The notes below the pieces were generated by a model that had not been told where the DNA came from, did not search any database, and worked only from the letters and a program-made list of their open reading frames with translations. A stretch of DNA of 63,896 nt, filler included, from Octopus bimaculoides (taxonomy: Eukaryota), in the NCBI RefSeq assembly GCF_001194135.2. It is 8 parts of 7 records of this genome, joined end to end, with 100 filler letters (N's around TTAATTAATTAA, not from the genome) between each part and the next. Parts side by side here need not be neighbours in the genome. Positions count along the whole stretch, not along the records: positions 1 to 14,643 come from NC_068985.1; 7 more parts are not named here. One strand, written 5' to 3'. The stretch's first letter is position 1; every line of letters begins with the position of its first letter. Below are positions 1 to 12,950 of the stretch, piece by piece. Both the position numbers and the translations under genes were made by a program.

Positions 1-121
1 GAAAAATAAATATTTTTAATGAAATTTTATATAAATACCTTTCAGAGTGTGTAGATTATGATTTAATGCGTAAAACAAAATTGGTGTGGGCTCATGGACC
101 TACATATTGACACATCATATA

Positions 122-1482
122 CAGGGTGTTTCAAAAAATTTGATATCATTTCGCAATCTAATAACTTTGACAGTTCTTGTTCAAATGACTTCAAATTTTA
201 ACAGCATGTGTAGAAACAGGTCAAAATTTTATGTTTAATGTTTGATATGTTTATCTTTTCAGGTATAGAAATGGCATTCACTGGAAGAGAAAAGGCGTTT
301 TGTGTGTTGAAGTATGCTCAAACAAGACTGTGCAGCATGCATTTGTAAGAGAGTTCTTTAAAAAGTTACCAATGGCAATGCAGATTTGGACATGGCACAA
401 AAAATTCAAAGAGGAAGGCTATCTGTGCAGAGCAAAAGGGTCTGGAGACGACCACTAACATTAGAAGAGACAGTCCAGTGGGTTTGCCAAAAACTCTTGT
501 GAAGCCCCAAGAAGTCTATAAGAAGAACAAGTCTGGAAAACCAACAATAGTTTGGCGCATCCTGAGGAAACGCTTTCTAAGGAAATTGTACAAACTGCAG
601 CTTGTTCAAGCCATAACGGCAGATGACAAGTGGAAACGCAAACAATTGTGTTGATATGCAAGAGAAAGTTGAAGAAGCTGAGTTCAAGGAACGTCTTGTT
701 TTCAATGCTGAGGCCACATTTCATACAAATGGCAAAGTCAGTAAGCATAATGTTCGTATTTGGGGCAATGAAAATCCCCATGTCACAGCTGAGCATGAGA
801 GGGACTCACCAAAAATGAATGCGGTCTACACCACCTCCAAGAAGCATCTTTATGGCCCGTTTTTCTTTGAGGGAATTGTAACTGGCAATGTTTATCTGCA
901 AATACTTCAGAACTGGCTAATGGATAAATTCATTGCAAATGAACATGAAGACTTCATTTTTCAATAGGACAGGGCTCCACCTCACTGGAAGCTCACTGTG
1001 CGGTCTTATCTCAATGACAATCTGCAAGGGAGATGGATTGGGAGTGCTGGAGATGAAGACAATGTGCTGTTGAAATGGCCGCCACGTTCACCTGACCTGA
1101 CACCATATGATTTTTTTTATCTGGGGCTATGTGAAGGGCCTGGTCTATGTCCCCTACCTACCCACTCACTCTTCCTGCAAACCTAGAGGAACTCAAGGAG
1201 AGAATCACTACCGCACTGGAGACTGTTACACAAGACATGTTGCAGCATGTTTGGGAGAAGCTGGACTACCGACTTGACATGTGCCATGTTTCAGGCGGTA
1301 CACATATTGAACATTTGTGAAATCATTCATGGGACCCACATACCTTTGAATTTCTCATTCAGATTTGGAGGAATAAATTTTATGTTGCTCAACATTAAGT
1401 ATGTTTAGATTCATTTCCTTTGACTATGTAGTTTCTGTGATATTTACATCTCAAATGATATCAAATTTCTTGAAACACCCTG
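122..1482 (+). mobile_element. Full-length decayed Tc1/mariner DNA transposon (rosa/Visitor-like)
   Basis: 30-bp TIRs: cagggtgtttcaaaaaatttgatatcattt (122-151) and its reverse complement (1453-1482) with 1 mismatch. TA precedes the left TIR. A transposase remnant lies inside. Confidence 0.92.
271..1320 (+). pseudogene. Tc1/mariner transposase pseudogene
   Basis: Starts MAFTGREKAFCVL. Motifs FNAEATFHTNGKV (decayed FSDEATF), FQ*DRAPPH and WPPRSPDLTPYDFF; ends GGTHIEHL*. Contains frameshifts and a stop at 965-967. Confidence 0.9.
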
Positions 1483-1744
1483 CTATCTACAAAATGTAAC
1501 TTGAAATTCGAGAAAAATTGTGATGTGCATCAGTACGTATGTGTATGTGTTCACCAATTTTGTTTTGCTTATTAAAGAACGATATAATCGTAATTTACAC
1601 ACTCTGAAAAGTATTTGCAGGAAATTTTATTTAAAAAAGGAATACCCATTTTTGCAAGTAATGAAACAAACCCAACTTGTGTGAGTTTTCAGAAACTCAT
1701 CACCCCACCTTCGGAAAAATGTTTGTCAACACAAATTCCAATAT

Positions 1745-1845
1745 AATAAGAGTCTACAACAGCTGAAGCATATTAGAAGAAAATTTCATTAAAAAATATC
1801 CATTTTTCTGTAAGTTATGAGGCAACAAAGTCGGTGAGGGATACA
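1745..1845 (-). repeat. Subterminal repeat of a MITE-like DNA element that hosts the mariner; related to 1-60 and 39890-39985
   Basis: Shared motif ccga-cttt..cataac..agaaaaatggatattttttaatgaaattt, in opposite orientations on the two sides of the mariner. Confidence 0.5.
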
Positions 1846-2176
1846 CATATAGAGGTATTCCCGAAATGCTGCATGGATCTTGCTAACTTTCTTCCAACCA
1901 CTTTTGCATACTGATCATAAAAATAGCATTCATTTTTTCTGGAAGTAAATTCCATTGTGTATTCTGTTCTTCATGACATCAGCAATGGAGGTTTTCGATA
2001 TACTAAAATTACTTGACTTTAAAATGCTTGTAACTTCTTTATTATTAATTTCTATTGGGGGAAAAAAAAGGAAGGACATGAACATGCAAAACTGCATTTT
2101 GAAAATAATTTGTCAGTATGAACTGTCTTATACGTATGTAATCATAGACATTGTTTAATCATCCATTAAGATTAAT

Positions 2177-2288
2177 CAGATTGGAGCCTGGTGTAGCCAT
2201 CTGGTTTCACCAGTCCTCAGTCAAATCGTCCAACCAATGCTAGCATGGAAAGCGGACGTTAAACGACAATGATGATGATGATGATGAT
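2177..2288 (+). mobile_element. RTE LINE 3' tail (5'-truncated)
   Basis: agattggagcctgg...catggaaagcggacgttaaacga(tga)n; matches the 3' end of the RTE at 34683-36492. Confidence 0.8.
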
Positions 2289-2444
2289 AAACAAACTTAA
2301 TTGCCTTTTAATAGTATATTTTATAAACATAAAACACTAAAGTTCATAAAAAATAACTTAATAGTTGTTTTATAGTATATTTTATATGCGTTGTTTACCT
2401 GTGAGTGACTACTAAGAGTAATGTAACTTAATAATTTCCCATTA

Positions 2445-2702
2445 CTCTTTCTCTTTACTCTTTTGCTTGTTTTAGTCATTTGACTGCAGCCATGCTAGAG
2501 CACCGCCTTTAGTCGAGCAAATCAACCCCAGGACTTATTCTTTGTAAGCCTAGTACTTATTTTTTCGGTCTTTTGCCAAACTGCTAAGTTATGGGGACAT
2601 AAACACACCAGCGATGTCAAGCAATGTTGGGGGGACAAACACAGACACACAAACACACACACACACTCATATATATATACATATACATATATACGACGGA
2701 CT
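2445..2702 (-). mobile_element. tRNA-derived SINE, 3' half (CR1/L2-type tail)
   Basis: Homologous to the full copies at 4791-5180 and 27957-28357. Confidence 0.85.
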
Positions 2703-3651
2703 GTGATATCTTCAGTGATCGTTTCCATCTACATGTATCCTCCTGCTCTGCTTAGTCCATTCTGTTCTATGATGTGCATGTGTGCATGTGTTTGCGTCTG
2801 TATCTGTGTGTGTGCATGTGCATGCATGTGTATGTGTAGATGTGTCTGTGTTTTACATGTGTGCTTATGTGTATGTACATGGGCTTGCCCACTAAACTGT
2901 ATCCATGCCCTTTATATTGTTGTTACCATTATCATTGTTGTTCTTAGTGGTAGTTGGTATGTTGACACTCCCCTCACCTATGTTTTCTCTTCTGTTGCTG
3001 CTGTTCTTGACCCTTATTTTAAATGAGTTTTGAAAAAATAGAATATTGAATATATGTAATACTTTCTATTTAACAACCTACATTTTAAGCTCAATAAGAC
3101 CACATTTAAGCAAAGCAAGATGTATTACTATGAATTTTCTTCTCATTTCAGTTTGAATATGTTAACATCATGTCATTGTTAAACCATAGATTAGTTCTAA
3201 TAGATCAAATGTGTTCCAGTCATGACCATCCACTCATTTTGTATATCTAGGACTATTCCTTACTTTTTTTAGCAATACATACAACTTAGAGAAGTTTTGC
3301 TGCCACTTTTAGTAAGTCAAGCCCAAGAGCACATTTTTTTTGTGATTTTTGAAGATCAACTCAACACATTTGGCAAATAAATTATAATGGAATCAGCTGT
3401 CCATGCTACTGATATGTTTATCTGAGAAGAATCAGATAACAATACTGTAGCTGAGACATTTAAATTCTCAACCTAAGATTATGTAAGGTAAGAAAATTGC
3501 CCTCAAGGAAACAGGAGTATGCTATGCTATTACAGATAGGAAAACAATTTACTTCCTAATCTATAAATATCATATGACAGTATCAGTTTGACTGTTCAGC
3601 TCTAGTTTGCTTTGTTAGCTTACTATTAAATATATCTAGGGAATTAATCTG

Positions 3652-3682
<31 letters not shown>

Positions 3683-3974
3683 TTTTTTTTTTTTTTTTTT
3701 TGTGGGGATTATATAAATCTGGCTTGGGTCAATTTTTGTCTTTCATCTTTCTCGGCATGGTTGTGCAGTTAAGAATCTAGCTTTGCTATTGTATGGTTCC
3801 AGTCTCAATCCTACAATACGGCTTCTACTATAGCCTTGAGATTATCAAAACCCTTGTGGAATGAAATTTCATTGATGGAGATTGTGCAGAAGCTTGCTGT
3901 ATGTATAACTAATAACATTTACTGGTCTTCATGAATTAGTAATACAAAATATTTAAAAAACAGTACTCAGGTAA

Positions 3975-4218
3975 CCATTTTAATACATGAGATTCTAACT
4001 GGCTCTTGGAGACAATTTCCCTGCTTTAAAGCAATCTAAATTAAAACTTTCCAACAAAATTTCAACTTCATTTATGTACCAAGCACCAAAGTTATTTCAA
4101 ATAAATTCTTCTTTAGTTTTAACATCATTTGAAACAAAGGTAGTGTGTTTCAACAGAGATATGGTTACAAAGGGGGTCAAGTTAACTATTTCTTTCATGA
4201 AAATGTGTCGCCTTATAC
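3975..4218 (-). mobile_element. Decayed MITE, possibly piggyBac-like
   Basis: About 240 bp with degenerate accc/gggt-type termini next to ttaa-like sites. The family call is tentative. Confidence 0.3.
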
Positions 4219-4334
4219 CAATGCTAGAAACTATTATGAACTAAAGTATAGGAGTATTTTAGGTTAGAAGAAAATTTAACAAGTTGCTTCATAAATACAA
4301 CAAAGTTAGTTGTAAATAAGTATTTTTTTTCTTT

Positions 4335-4770
4335 CATCATCATCATCACCATCGTTTAACGTCCGCTTTCCATGCTAGCATGGGTTGGACGATTTGATTG
4401 AGGACTGGTGAACCAGATGGCTACACCAGGCTCCAATCTGATTTGGCAGAGTTTCTACAGCTGGATACCCTTCCTAATGCCAACCACTCCAAGAGTGTAG
4501 TGGGTGCTTTTACGTGCCACCGGCACGAAGGCCAGTCAGGCGGTACTGGCAACAGCCACGCTCAAAATGGTGTATTTTACATGCCACCTGCATAGGAGCC
4601 AGTCCAGCGGCACTGGCAATGACCTCGCTCGAATGTCTTTTCATGTGCCACCAGCACAAGTGCCAGTAAGGCGATGCTGGTAACAATCACGCTCAAATGG
4701 TGCTGTTTACGTGCCACTGGCACGGAAGCCAGACAGCTGCTCTGGCAAGATCACGCTCGGACAGTGCTCT
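4335..4770 (-). mobile_element. RTE LINE 3' UTR with internal gtgcca..ggcac sub-repeats
   Basis: (cat)n + cgtttaacgtccgctttccatgctagc tail; same family as 22313-22650 and 14755-15668. Confidence 0.85.
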
Positions 4771-4790
4771 TTATTGTCATATATATACGT

Positions 4791-5180
4791 AGGTGCAGGC
4801 ATAGCTGTGTGGTAAGAACTTGCTGCCCAACCATATGGTTCTGGGTTCAGTCCTGTTGTGTGGTACCTTGGCAAGTGTTGTTTACTATAGCCTCAAGCTG
4901 ACCAAAGCCTTGTGAGTGGATTTGGTAGACAGAAACTGAAAGAAGCCCATTGTATATACATATATGTGTGTATCTATGTTTGTGTCTGTATATGTACCCA
5001 CATCACCACGTGACAACTGGTGTTGGTGTGTTTACATCCCTGTAACTTAGCAGTTTGGCAAAGAGACCAATAGAATAAGTACTAAGCTTAAATAAGTCCT
5101 GGGGTTGAATTGTTCAACAAAAACACTTCAGGCAGTGCTCCAGAATGACTGCAGTCAAATGACTGAAACAAGTAAAAAAA
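4791..5180 (+). mobile_element. Full-length tRNA-derived SINE (tRNA head, CORE-like segment, internal microsatellite, CR1/L2 tail)
   Basis: A-box-like gctgtgtggtaag, B-box-like gggttcagtcc, ccttggcaagtg, and tail gtgctccag...caaatgactgaaacaagtaaaa. Confidence 0.85.
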
Positions 5181-6149
5181 AATACTAACTGGGGAAAAAA
5201 GATTTTTATGAATTTCATGGGTAAAACTGTGCAACAGTATGAGGTTTGAGAATTTGAAATATTGCAAAGTCCCATAAGAATTGCTTTTGGCGCTGTTGAT
5301 TGTTCAGTAAACAATGGCTTTTATTGGTAAAATGAGACTCCACTGAGTTGGACCAGCAAGCTTATAAAAGTAAACAAATAGACTGGCTGAAAATAAACCA
5401 ATAAAATCACAGTCATGTTACTTTATCAGTTTTTCTATTGGAAACAGTTGAAAATTGATAAAAGGACACTCTGACATGTGTCAAAAGACTGATAATGGCT
5501 GTCTGCCTCAGTCAGTCATGAATCTGTATGCATGTGAGTGTGTATCTACATGTGTAAGGTGAGTGTGTGTGTGTAAAAATGTTTGTTAGGGACGTAAAAT
5601 AATATAGTCAATGAGGAAGAAACCATAAGAGATGTACAACAAAAATATTACTCTACATTTTGTGTTCACAGATTCAAATAGAAATGTTTAAATAGAAGCT
5701 TTCAATAATACATGCACATGTTAATCAATACACATGACCTGTAAGTTAACAGATAATGTACTGAATGTTGTATGCAAAAAATTCTTAATGACCTGAAATT
5801 TAACCTCTTTGTTGGAGAAAGGAAACAAAAACATAACAGTAATTATTAGACTCACAAATGAAAGGGTAAGGTAATTAATCTTTCAAAGTTCATTCACACT
5901 TTTAGGGTAAAGTTTTACCTTTGCAAGCAAAGGAGGATGTTTCAACCAATTAAACCTCATCAGTAGAGTATAATTCATACAGGATCTTTAGCTTGTTTTA
6001 GGCCATTCCTACTATGTAAGTCTTACACTTGATATTATTTAAAAAGGACAAAAAGAAAGAAAAGAAAAAGCATGCAAACTGAAGAATAACCATTATGAAT
6101 TTGAAAAAATGTTATTTATCTTTTAATGATTGGTGTTAACCACTATCAT

Positions 6150-7797
6150 TGAGGCCTGCTCCTCACGAATAAGAATGATACCATCAAAAGATGGTCTGAG
6201 TATTGCAAAAACCTTTGCAATCACAAACTCAAACATGACAGCAACACCCTAGACAATTCCAACAACAACAGCAGTAACAGAGAGCTTGGGGATACTCTAG
6301 TTCTCCAGGAGGAAGTCAAAGATGTAGTGTGTATGCTCAAAGATAGGAAATCACTAGGAGTGGATAACATCCCATCAGAGCTCCTAAAACTTGGAGGGCC
6401 ACAATTTATCAAGGCACTAACAGTTACCTATCAGAAGATATAGGAGACGAAGCTGTGGCCAAAGGAGTGGACCCAATCACTGATGATATCCATTCTCAAC
6501 AAAGGTGACTTAAGACTCTGCCAGAATTATGGACCAGTCAGCCTAATTAGTTATCCCAGCAAAGTATTAGTGAGAGTTCAGTTAAACAGACTTGAAGAGA
6601 AGGTAGAAGAGATCCTTGAAGAAGAACAGGCAGGATTTATGGCCCATAGGAGTACTGAGAAGTTCTACTCCTTCAGATGGTTCAGTGAGAAACATCTGCA
6701 ACTCCAATCTGACCTCCTCTATCACAACTTCATCAACTTCAGAAAGGCCTTTGACCATATTTGGCATGATGGGTTGTGGCAGGTGATGAAGAATTGCAAT
6801 TTCAATAAACCAAGCACTGTATGAAAACTCAATCAATGCAGTTCTCCTGAACAACAGCATCAGAGAATTCTTCAGGATAACAGTGGGTTTTTGATAAGAA
6901 TGTCTCCTCTCTCCAGTGCTTTTCAGCATTTTCCTAGGAACATTGTGCAGGAGACACTTCAAGAACTTCACCTATCTGTTTCCTTTGCAGAATGGCCCAT
7001 TTTTAACCTACACTTTGCTGTTGATATTGACCTGTTAGGAAGCAGTAAAGAAGAACTACAAGAGATCACCACTAAACTGGAAAAATTATCAGAAGCATAC
7101 AGGATGGAGATCAGTCCAGAAAAGAGCAAGATCCTGGTTAATAGTAACAATCAAACCACAGCAAATGACATTATGCTGTATGGAGAAAGACATGATGAAA
7201 TAGATACTTTCAAGTATGTAGGATCCATTTTGACCAAGGACAGCAGATCTCAAAAAGAAATAACAACAAGGCTCAGTTTAACCTCTGCTGCTATGATGAA
7301 ACTGAACACCATATGGAAATGCAATTCCATTAGTTTTCCAAAAAGACTCAAAATGTACAAGACCCTGGTGACTTCAGTCCTTCTGTATGAGTGTGAGAGC
7401 TGTACTCTTACAGTTAACAAGTAGTGAAGAATCTAGGCATTTGAGCACAAGTGCTTTAAAAGACTGCTACACATTCTGTGCAGAGAGCATGAATGAACAA
7501 CTTGATCAGGCAGCAAATCAACAAATATGCTGGCAGACAAGAACCACTCCTTGCACAGGTAAAAAGATGAATGCTTCCCAGTTCAAAACCATTCTTCAGA
7601 GTACAGTTGAGAGATGGTGGAAATGAGGCAGACATAGAAAATCCTGGTTTGACATCAAAGACTGAACAGGTAACAACACAGCGAACTTGCTATGCATGAC
7701 TGAGAACAGAGATCAGTGGTGATGGCTGGCTATAGAAGCATTTATAGTGGTACACCAATGACTGGCTGCATCAGTTAAGGGTTTGATTATGATGATT
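6150..7797 (+). mobile_element. 5'-truncated decayed RTE-clade LINE (RT ORF remnant)
   Basis: KRWSEYCKNL, KSLGVDNIPSELLK, WPKEWTQS, CQNYGPVSLISYPSKV, EEQAGF, FRKAFDHIWHDGLW, LHFAVDIDL, FKYVGSI, LLYECESCTL. Multiple stops and frameshifts; gat-rich tail. Confidence 0.92.
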
Positions 7798-7862
7798 GGT
7801 GTAAAGGAAATTTTACCTGCACACAAGCAAACATGCAAAACACAGACATGTGTATGCAGACG

Positions 7863-7898
<36 letters not shown>

Positions 7899-8419
7899 GA
7901 TTTAAACGCATGCACAGATAAGGATACACACATCATAGAAGGACAGAATGGACTAGGCTGAGCAGGAGGATACACATGGATGGAAAGGGTTGCTGAAGAA
8001 GTCACAAATGTGTGACAAAAGATTTTCAGACACTGGACACAGATAAAACAAAGAACAATAATAAACAAAGAATAATGAATATATAGTGCATGTGTTTATT
8101 TGAAAAAAAAATATGACTATCCCGAAATATAACAATATCTGTTTCAACACATGATTTCATATCAGGAATCTTGCAACACAAATTCACAAGTTTTTAAAAA
8201 ACAATTTTAAAAGTATATCAAATTAAAATTTTATCAATTAAAAATTTTCTAAACTGACTTTTGTGTGTATATTTGTGTGTGTGTGTTGTGTGTGTGAATG
8301 CATATATCTACATAAACATATATCGCTATCATTTAATATTTCTTTCTTTCATACTGGCAAGGGCTGGATGGTTTCTCAGTATTCAACAAGCTGCAAGTGC
8401 TGTACCAAGCTCCAATGTC

Positions 8420-8770
8420 TACATGGTTAGATGCCATTCTTAATGACAACTTGCCCAGGGTAACATGTGAATTTTGGGTTCAGTCCCACTGTGTGTCAGC
8501 TTTTGTAATTATCTTGTATTACGACCTTGTGTGGCTAAAGCCATATGAGAGGATTTTGTACACAGAAACTGAAAGAAGCTGGTATGTATATAGCATTATC
8601 ATCATCATTGTTGTTGTCATCCTTGTTTAATGTCCATCCTCCATACATGCATGGGTAGAATGGTTCACATGAGCTGGCCAGGCAGAAAAACTACCCTATG
8701 CTATTGTGTCTGTTTTGGCAGGGTTTTTACGGCTAGATGCTCTTCCTAACACCAACCACTCTGCAGAGTG
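8420..8770. mobile_element. Decayed SINE head (+, ~8420-8590) abutting an RTE tail (-, ~8600-8770)
   Basis: Similarity to 4791-4950 and to the RTE 3' tail. Confidence 0.6.
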
Positions 8771-9116
8771 GATTCAGAGTAATAATCTGACATCTAACCT
8801 CTGATTTTAACAGTCATGAGTAAAACTCACTCAACCATACATTCTATATATCTCAAAGTTATTAATAATAACTGCGTTGTTAGAAAACCAAATTTCTCTT
8901 TTTGACCTGCAAAAGTATGTCATTTTTACATAAAAAGCATTTGTTAATCCTGGCTCAATTTGTTAAAATGAAGACACTGCTCTTTTCTGCAGCAGACCAT
9001 CTGCTATGACTTCATCAAAGATAACTACCATCAATGCAGGATGTTTTTTGTAAAATCTCTTCACATTCCCCTTTCATTAACACTTATCTGAAATAGAGAA
9101 TTCATTGGTGCCAGCA

Positions 9117-9540
9117 TGACAGTGTGGTAAGAAGTTTGCTTCCCAAGCACATGATTTCGGGTTCAATCCCACTGCTGCAGAGTGTCTTCTATTGCCCCAA
9201 GTTGACCAAAGCCTTTGGAGTTGATTTGGTAGACAGAAACTGAAAGAAGCTCATTGTGTGTGTGTGTCTTTATGTGTATGTGTGTGCATGCATATGTTAC
9301 TGTGTCTTTGCCTTCACATCATGTGATAGTTGTAAATGAGTGTCACTATTATGTAAGAAATGTCCTTTATATCCAGTATTTTGTGAAAACATCTGGTCAT
9401 GGGTGAACATTACTTTACTTGGAAACAGGTGAGGATGCTGACGGGAAGGACATCCAGACATAGAAAATCTGCCTTGACACATTCCATCAGACCCATGGAA
9501 GCATGGAAAAGTGGGCATTAAAATGACGATGACGATAGTC
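9117..9540 (+). mobile_element. tRNA-derived SINE with RTE-type 3' tail
   Basis: Same head as 4791 (gtgtggtaagaagtttgcttccc...ggtagacagaaactgaaagaagc), but ends gggaaggacatccag...catggaaaagtgggcattaaaatgacgatgac. Confidence 0.8.
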
Positions 9541-11663
9541 CAGTTTCCAAACACATATGTACCTTTTTTTCCTTTCATTCAAATTATTGTTATTCTAAAA
9601 CTGCTGAAAGTTAACCATGTATCTGCACATGCATGTACAAATATGGACAGCATTGTTTTGAGGAAGACTGGGATATAGCACATGTATGCAGACCTTTCCT
9701 CTCAAAGCCACTGATGTTCATTCAAGAGAAAGGCCACTGACTTGGATTGATGTATAATTTGGCACCAGTGTCTTCACAGATGTTGATGTTGAAATACAGA
9801 GTTGAGACAGACACTAGTAGGGATCTTGCCTGACCTTCCAGCAGTTCTGCTAATCTACTTTACTGGATTGAAAGGGAGGCTATATCATATAATTCTTCTC
9901 CTAATCCTTTTGGGATGAGGAGAGGGTTTTGGGGTTTGTCCACATGTGAGCTTCTCAATAAACCCGTTCCTAACCAAATCATCATTGTAGTAAGAGGGTG
10001 GCCCTATTAAAGATTTCTCAATTGGCTGAAAGATTAGATAGTCATTTACCAAGCCCCAATGTTTACCAACTGCCAACGCATATCAACTCCAACACTCACC
10101 AATTCCCAATGCTTACCAGTCGCCAACGCTTGTTTTACACATATATACTCACACATGCATGTGTCTGAATGCACATGTGCATGCGCATGCATGTGTGTCT
10201 GCACATGGATATGCATGTGAATATACATATGTACATATGAATAAAGATGTATGTGTGTATGCATGTATGTATCCATATGTGTGTTCATCCAAGCGTGCAC
10301 ACAGTTGTGTGTGTGCAGACATTCATGTGTGTGCCCATGTACAGATGCACTTGCTCGCATCAATATACACATGCACACAAGACTATAAGAGCGCATCTGC
10401 ACACCCACACATAGAACTATATACCTGCACATGCCGTCCCTTCATACTCCCCCACCCGACAACCTGGCCAACTTCTAGTCAAGTCTATTTCCCGTTCGCC
10501 ATGCAGTATTTTCCAGCTAACTGTTACCCGTATATCAACGTCAAACCACGATATCGCATGACCTTCCTCGACCAATCACAGTGCACCTTACAGTTATAAC
10601 AATCAACTTCTGTCATTCAAATTCAAAATGGCTGACGACAAGCACATCGTACTTGAAACTCAAGAATACCAACGAATTTGAATCAAACTTTTGATCCATA
10701 CATGTAACTCTTGATAAGTTGGTCAAGTGCCTTTCTTTCATTTGTCCACTCACTCATATGTATATATATATACAGAGTATCCACAAATTACCTTTGAAAA
10801 TTTCTGAAAAAAGAATAAAGAGAAAAAAGGCATCAGCTGGGTGATGCATACCCTGTACGCAAATANNNNNNNNNNNNNNNNNNNNNNNNNNNNNNNNNNN
10901 NNNNNNNNNNNNNNNNNNNNNNNNNNNNNNNNNNNNNNNNNNNNNNNNNNNNNNNNNNNNNNNNNNATGTATGTATGTATGTATGTATGTATGTATGTAT
11001 ATATGTATGTATATATATATACAGAGTATCCACAAATTACCTTTGAAAATTTCTGAAAAAAGAATAAAGAGAAAAAAGGCATCAGCTGGGTGATGCATAC
11101 CCTGTACGCAAATAATTTTTTAACCCCAAATTATAGTGTAGTTTACGATGCATTGTTACCCATGCTTTTTAATTGAACTGAATTAAGCTTTGTAAGTGTT
11201 TGACTAAAAGAGGATTAGAAGCCTAAATAGATGGCAGCTAAAAGTAGACTTGATCGATGTCTACGCTAAACGCATATGAATAAAATTTGCATATGACTAA
11301 ATAAATGATTATTCAAATAATAATCATGATTATGAAAAAAAATGTAAACAAAAAATACTTATAGAAAATATTGCATAGAATTTGAGAAGTATTTTCAACA
11401 TCTTTCAATGATGGCAGACAAATCAGACATTATCACTTGCTTATCAGGTAATATGTAAGTATCACCATTATACCATTTATACTCTGGTGAAATTAAAAAA
11501 TCAACACATAAATAAATGAAACGCCCAAATCTATCGCTGTACACATACACACACAGTCGCATATCTATGTATGTATTTATGCATGTATGTATGTACCCAC
11601 ACATTTCTACATACATAGGTACACCATGATCTATACATATGCAGATGAGGGTCAAATTAAATG

Positions 11664-11702
<39 letters not shown>

Positions 11703-11708
<6 letters not shown>

Positions 11709-12950
11709 GCGGTGTTCCGCAAGACACTGTTTTGGGACCATTACTGTTCATAATGGCCCTCTCAGACATGCCCTCAGCCACACAGAGAGCCACGGTCACA
11801 AGTTATGCAGATGACACAAAAGTCTCACAGGTAATACAGAACCCTGAAGACACTATGCACCTGCAATGTGAGCTGGATGAAATATACAAGTGGGCTGAAA
11901 AGAATAACATGCAGTTTAATGCTGAAAAGTTTCAAGCTTTATGCTATCAGCATGCANNNNNNNNNNNNNNNNNNNNNNNNNNNNNNNNNNNNNNNNNNNN
12001 NNNNNNNNNNNNNNNNNNNNNNNNNNNNNNNNNNNNNNNNNNNNNNNNNNNNNNNNNNNNNNNNNNNNNNNNNNNNNNNNNNNNNNNNNNNNNNNNNNNN
12101 NNNNNNNNNNNNNNNNNNNNNNNNNNNNNNNNNNNNNNNNNNNNNNNNNNNNNNNNNNNNNNNNNNNNNNNNNNNNNNNNNNNNNNNNNNNNNNNNNNNN
12201 NNNNNNNNNNNNNNNNNNNNNNNNNNNNNNNNNNNNNNNNNNNNNNNNNNNNNNNNNNNNNNNNNNNNNNNNNNNNNNNNNNNNNNNNNNNNNNNNNNNN
12301 NNNNNNNNNNNNNNNNNNNNNNNNNNNNNNNNNNNNNNNNNNNNNNNNNNNNNNNNNNNNNNNNNNNNNNNNNNNNNNNNNNNNNNNNNNNNNNNNNNNN
12401 NNNNNNNNNNNNNNNNNNNNNNNNNNNNNNNNNNNNNNNNNNNNNNNNNNNNNNNNNNNNNNNNNNNNNNNNNNNNNNNNNNNNNNNNNNNNNNNNNNNN
12501 NNNNNNNNNNNNNNNNNNNNNNNNNNNNNNNNNNNNNNNNNNNNNNNNNNNNNNNNNNNNNNNNNNNNNNNNNNNNNNNNNNNNNNNNNNNNNNNNNNNN
12601 NNNNNNNNNNNNNNNNAAGATGTAAGACAAGATACTGCAATAGCCTGGGCTTCAAAGGTCCACAGCTCTTCAATATCCTCCCGAAGGACCTGAGAGACCT
12701 GCATGCGGTGGATGTAGGTGTCTTCAAGACAAGGCTGGACCTCTTCCTGTCAGGTGTCCCAGATGAACCAACTTCACGGCAGGAGGCGCAGATGAGAGCA
12801 GCTGCATCAAACTCTCTCATGCACCAAATGTCAATTCCTGAAGTAAAATTTGTGAAGTAAAATTGTGTAGCAACACCAAATGGCGGTGCCCCAGCATGGC
12901 CACAGCTCATGAGCTGAAACTAAATAAAATGAAAATGAAATGAAAATGAT
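11703..12950 (+). mobile_element. 5'-truncated CR1/L2-group LINE (RT), centre in an N gap
   Basis: SGVPQDTVLGPLLF, YADDTK, MQFNAEKF; C-terminus GFKGPQLFNILPKDLR...FKTRLDLFLSGVPDEP. 3' tail ggcggtgccccagcatggccacagc..ctgaaac followed by (aaatg)n. Confidence 0.9.

Noticed and set aside
10755-11114. Direct repeats flanking gaps (also 40213-40340, 41710-42210, 61470-61591 vs 62884-63007)
   Set aside because: Near-identical copies on both sides of N gaps most likely reflect overlapping contig ends, not real duplications or LTRs.
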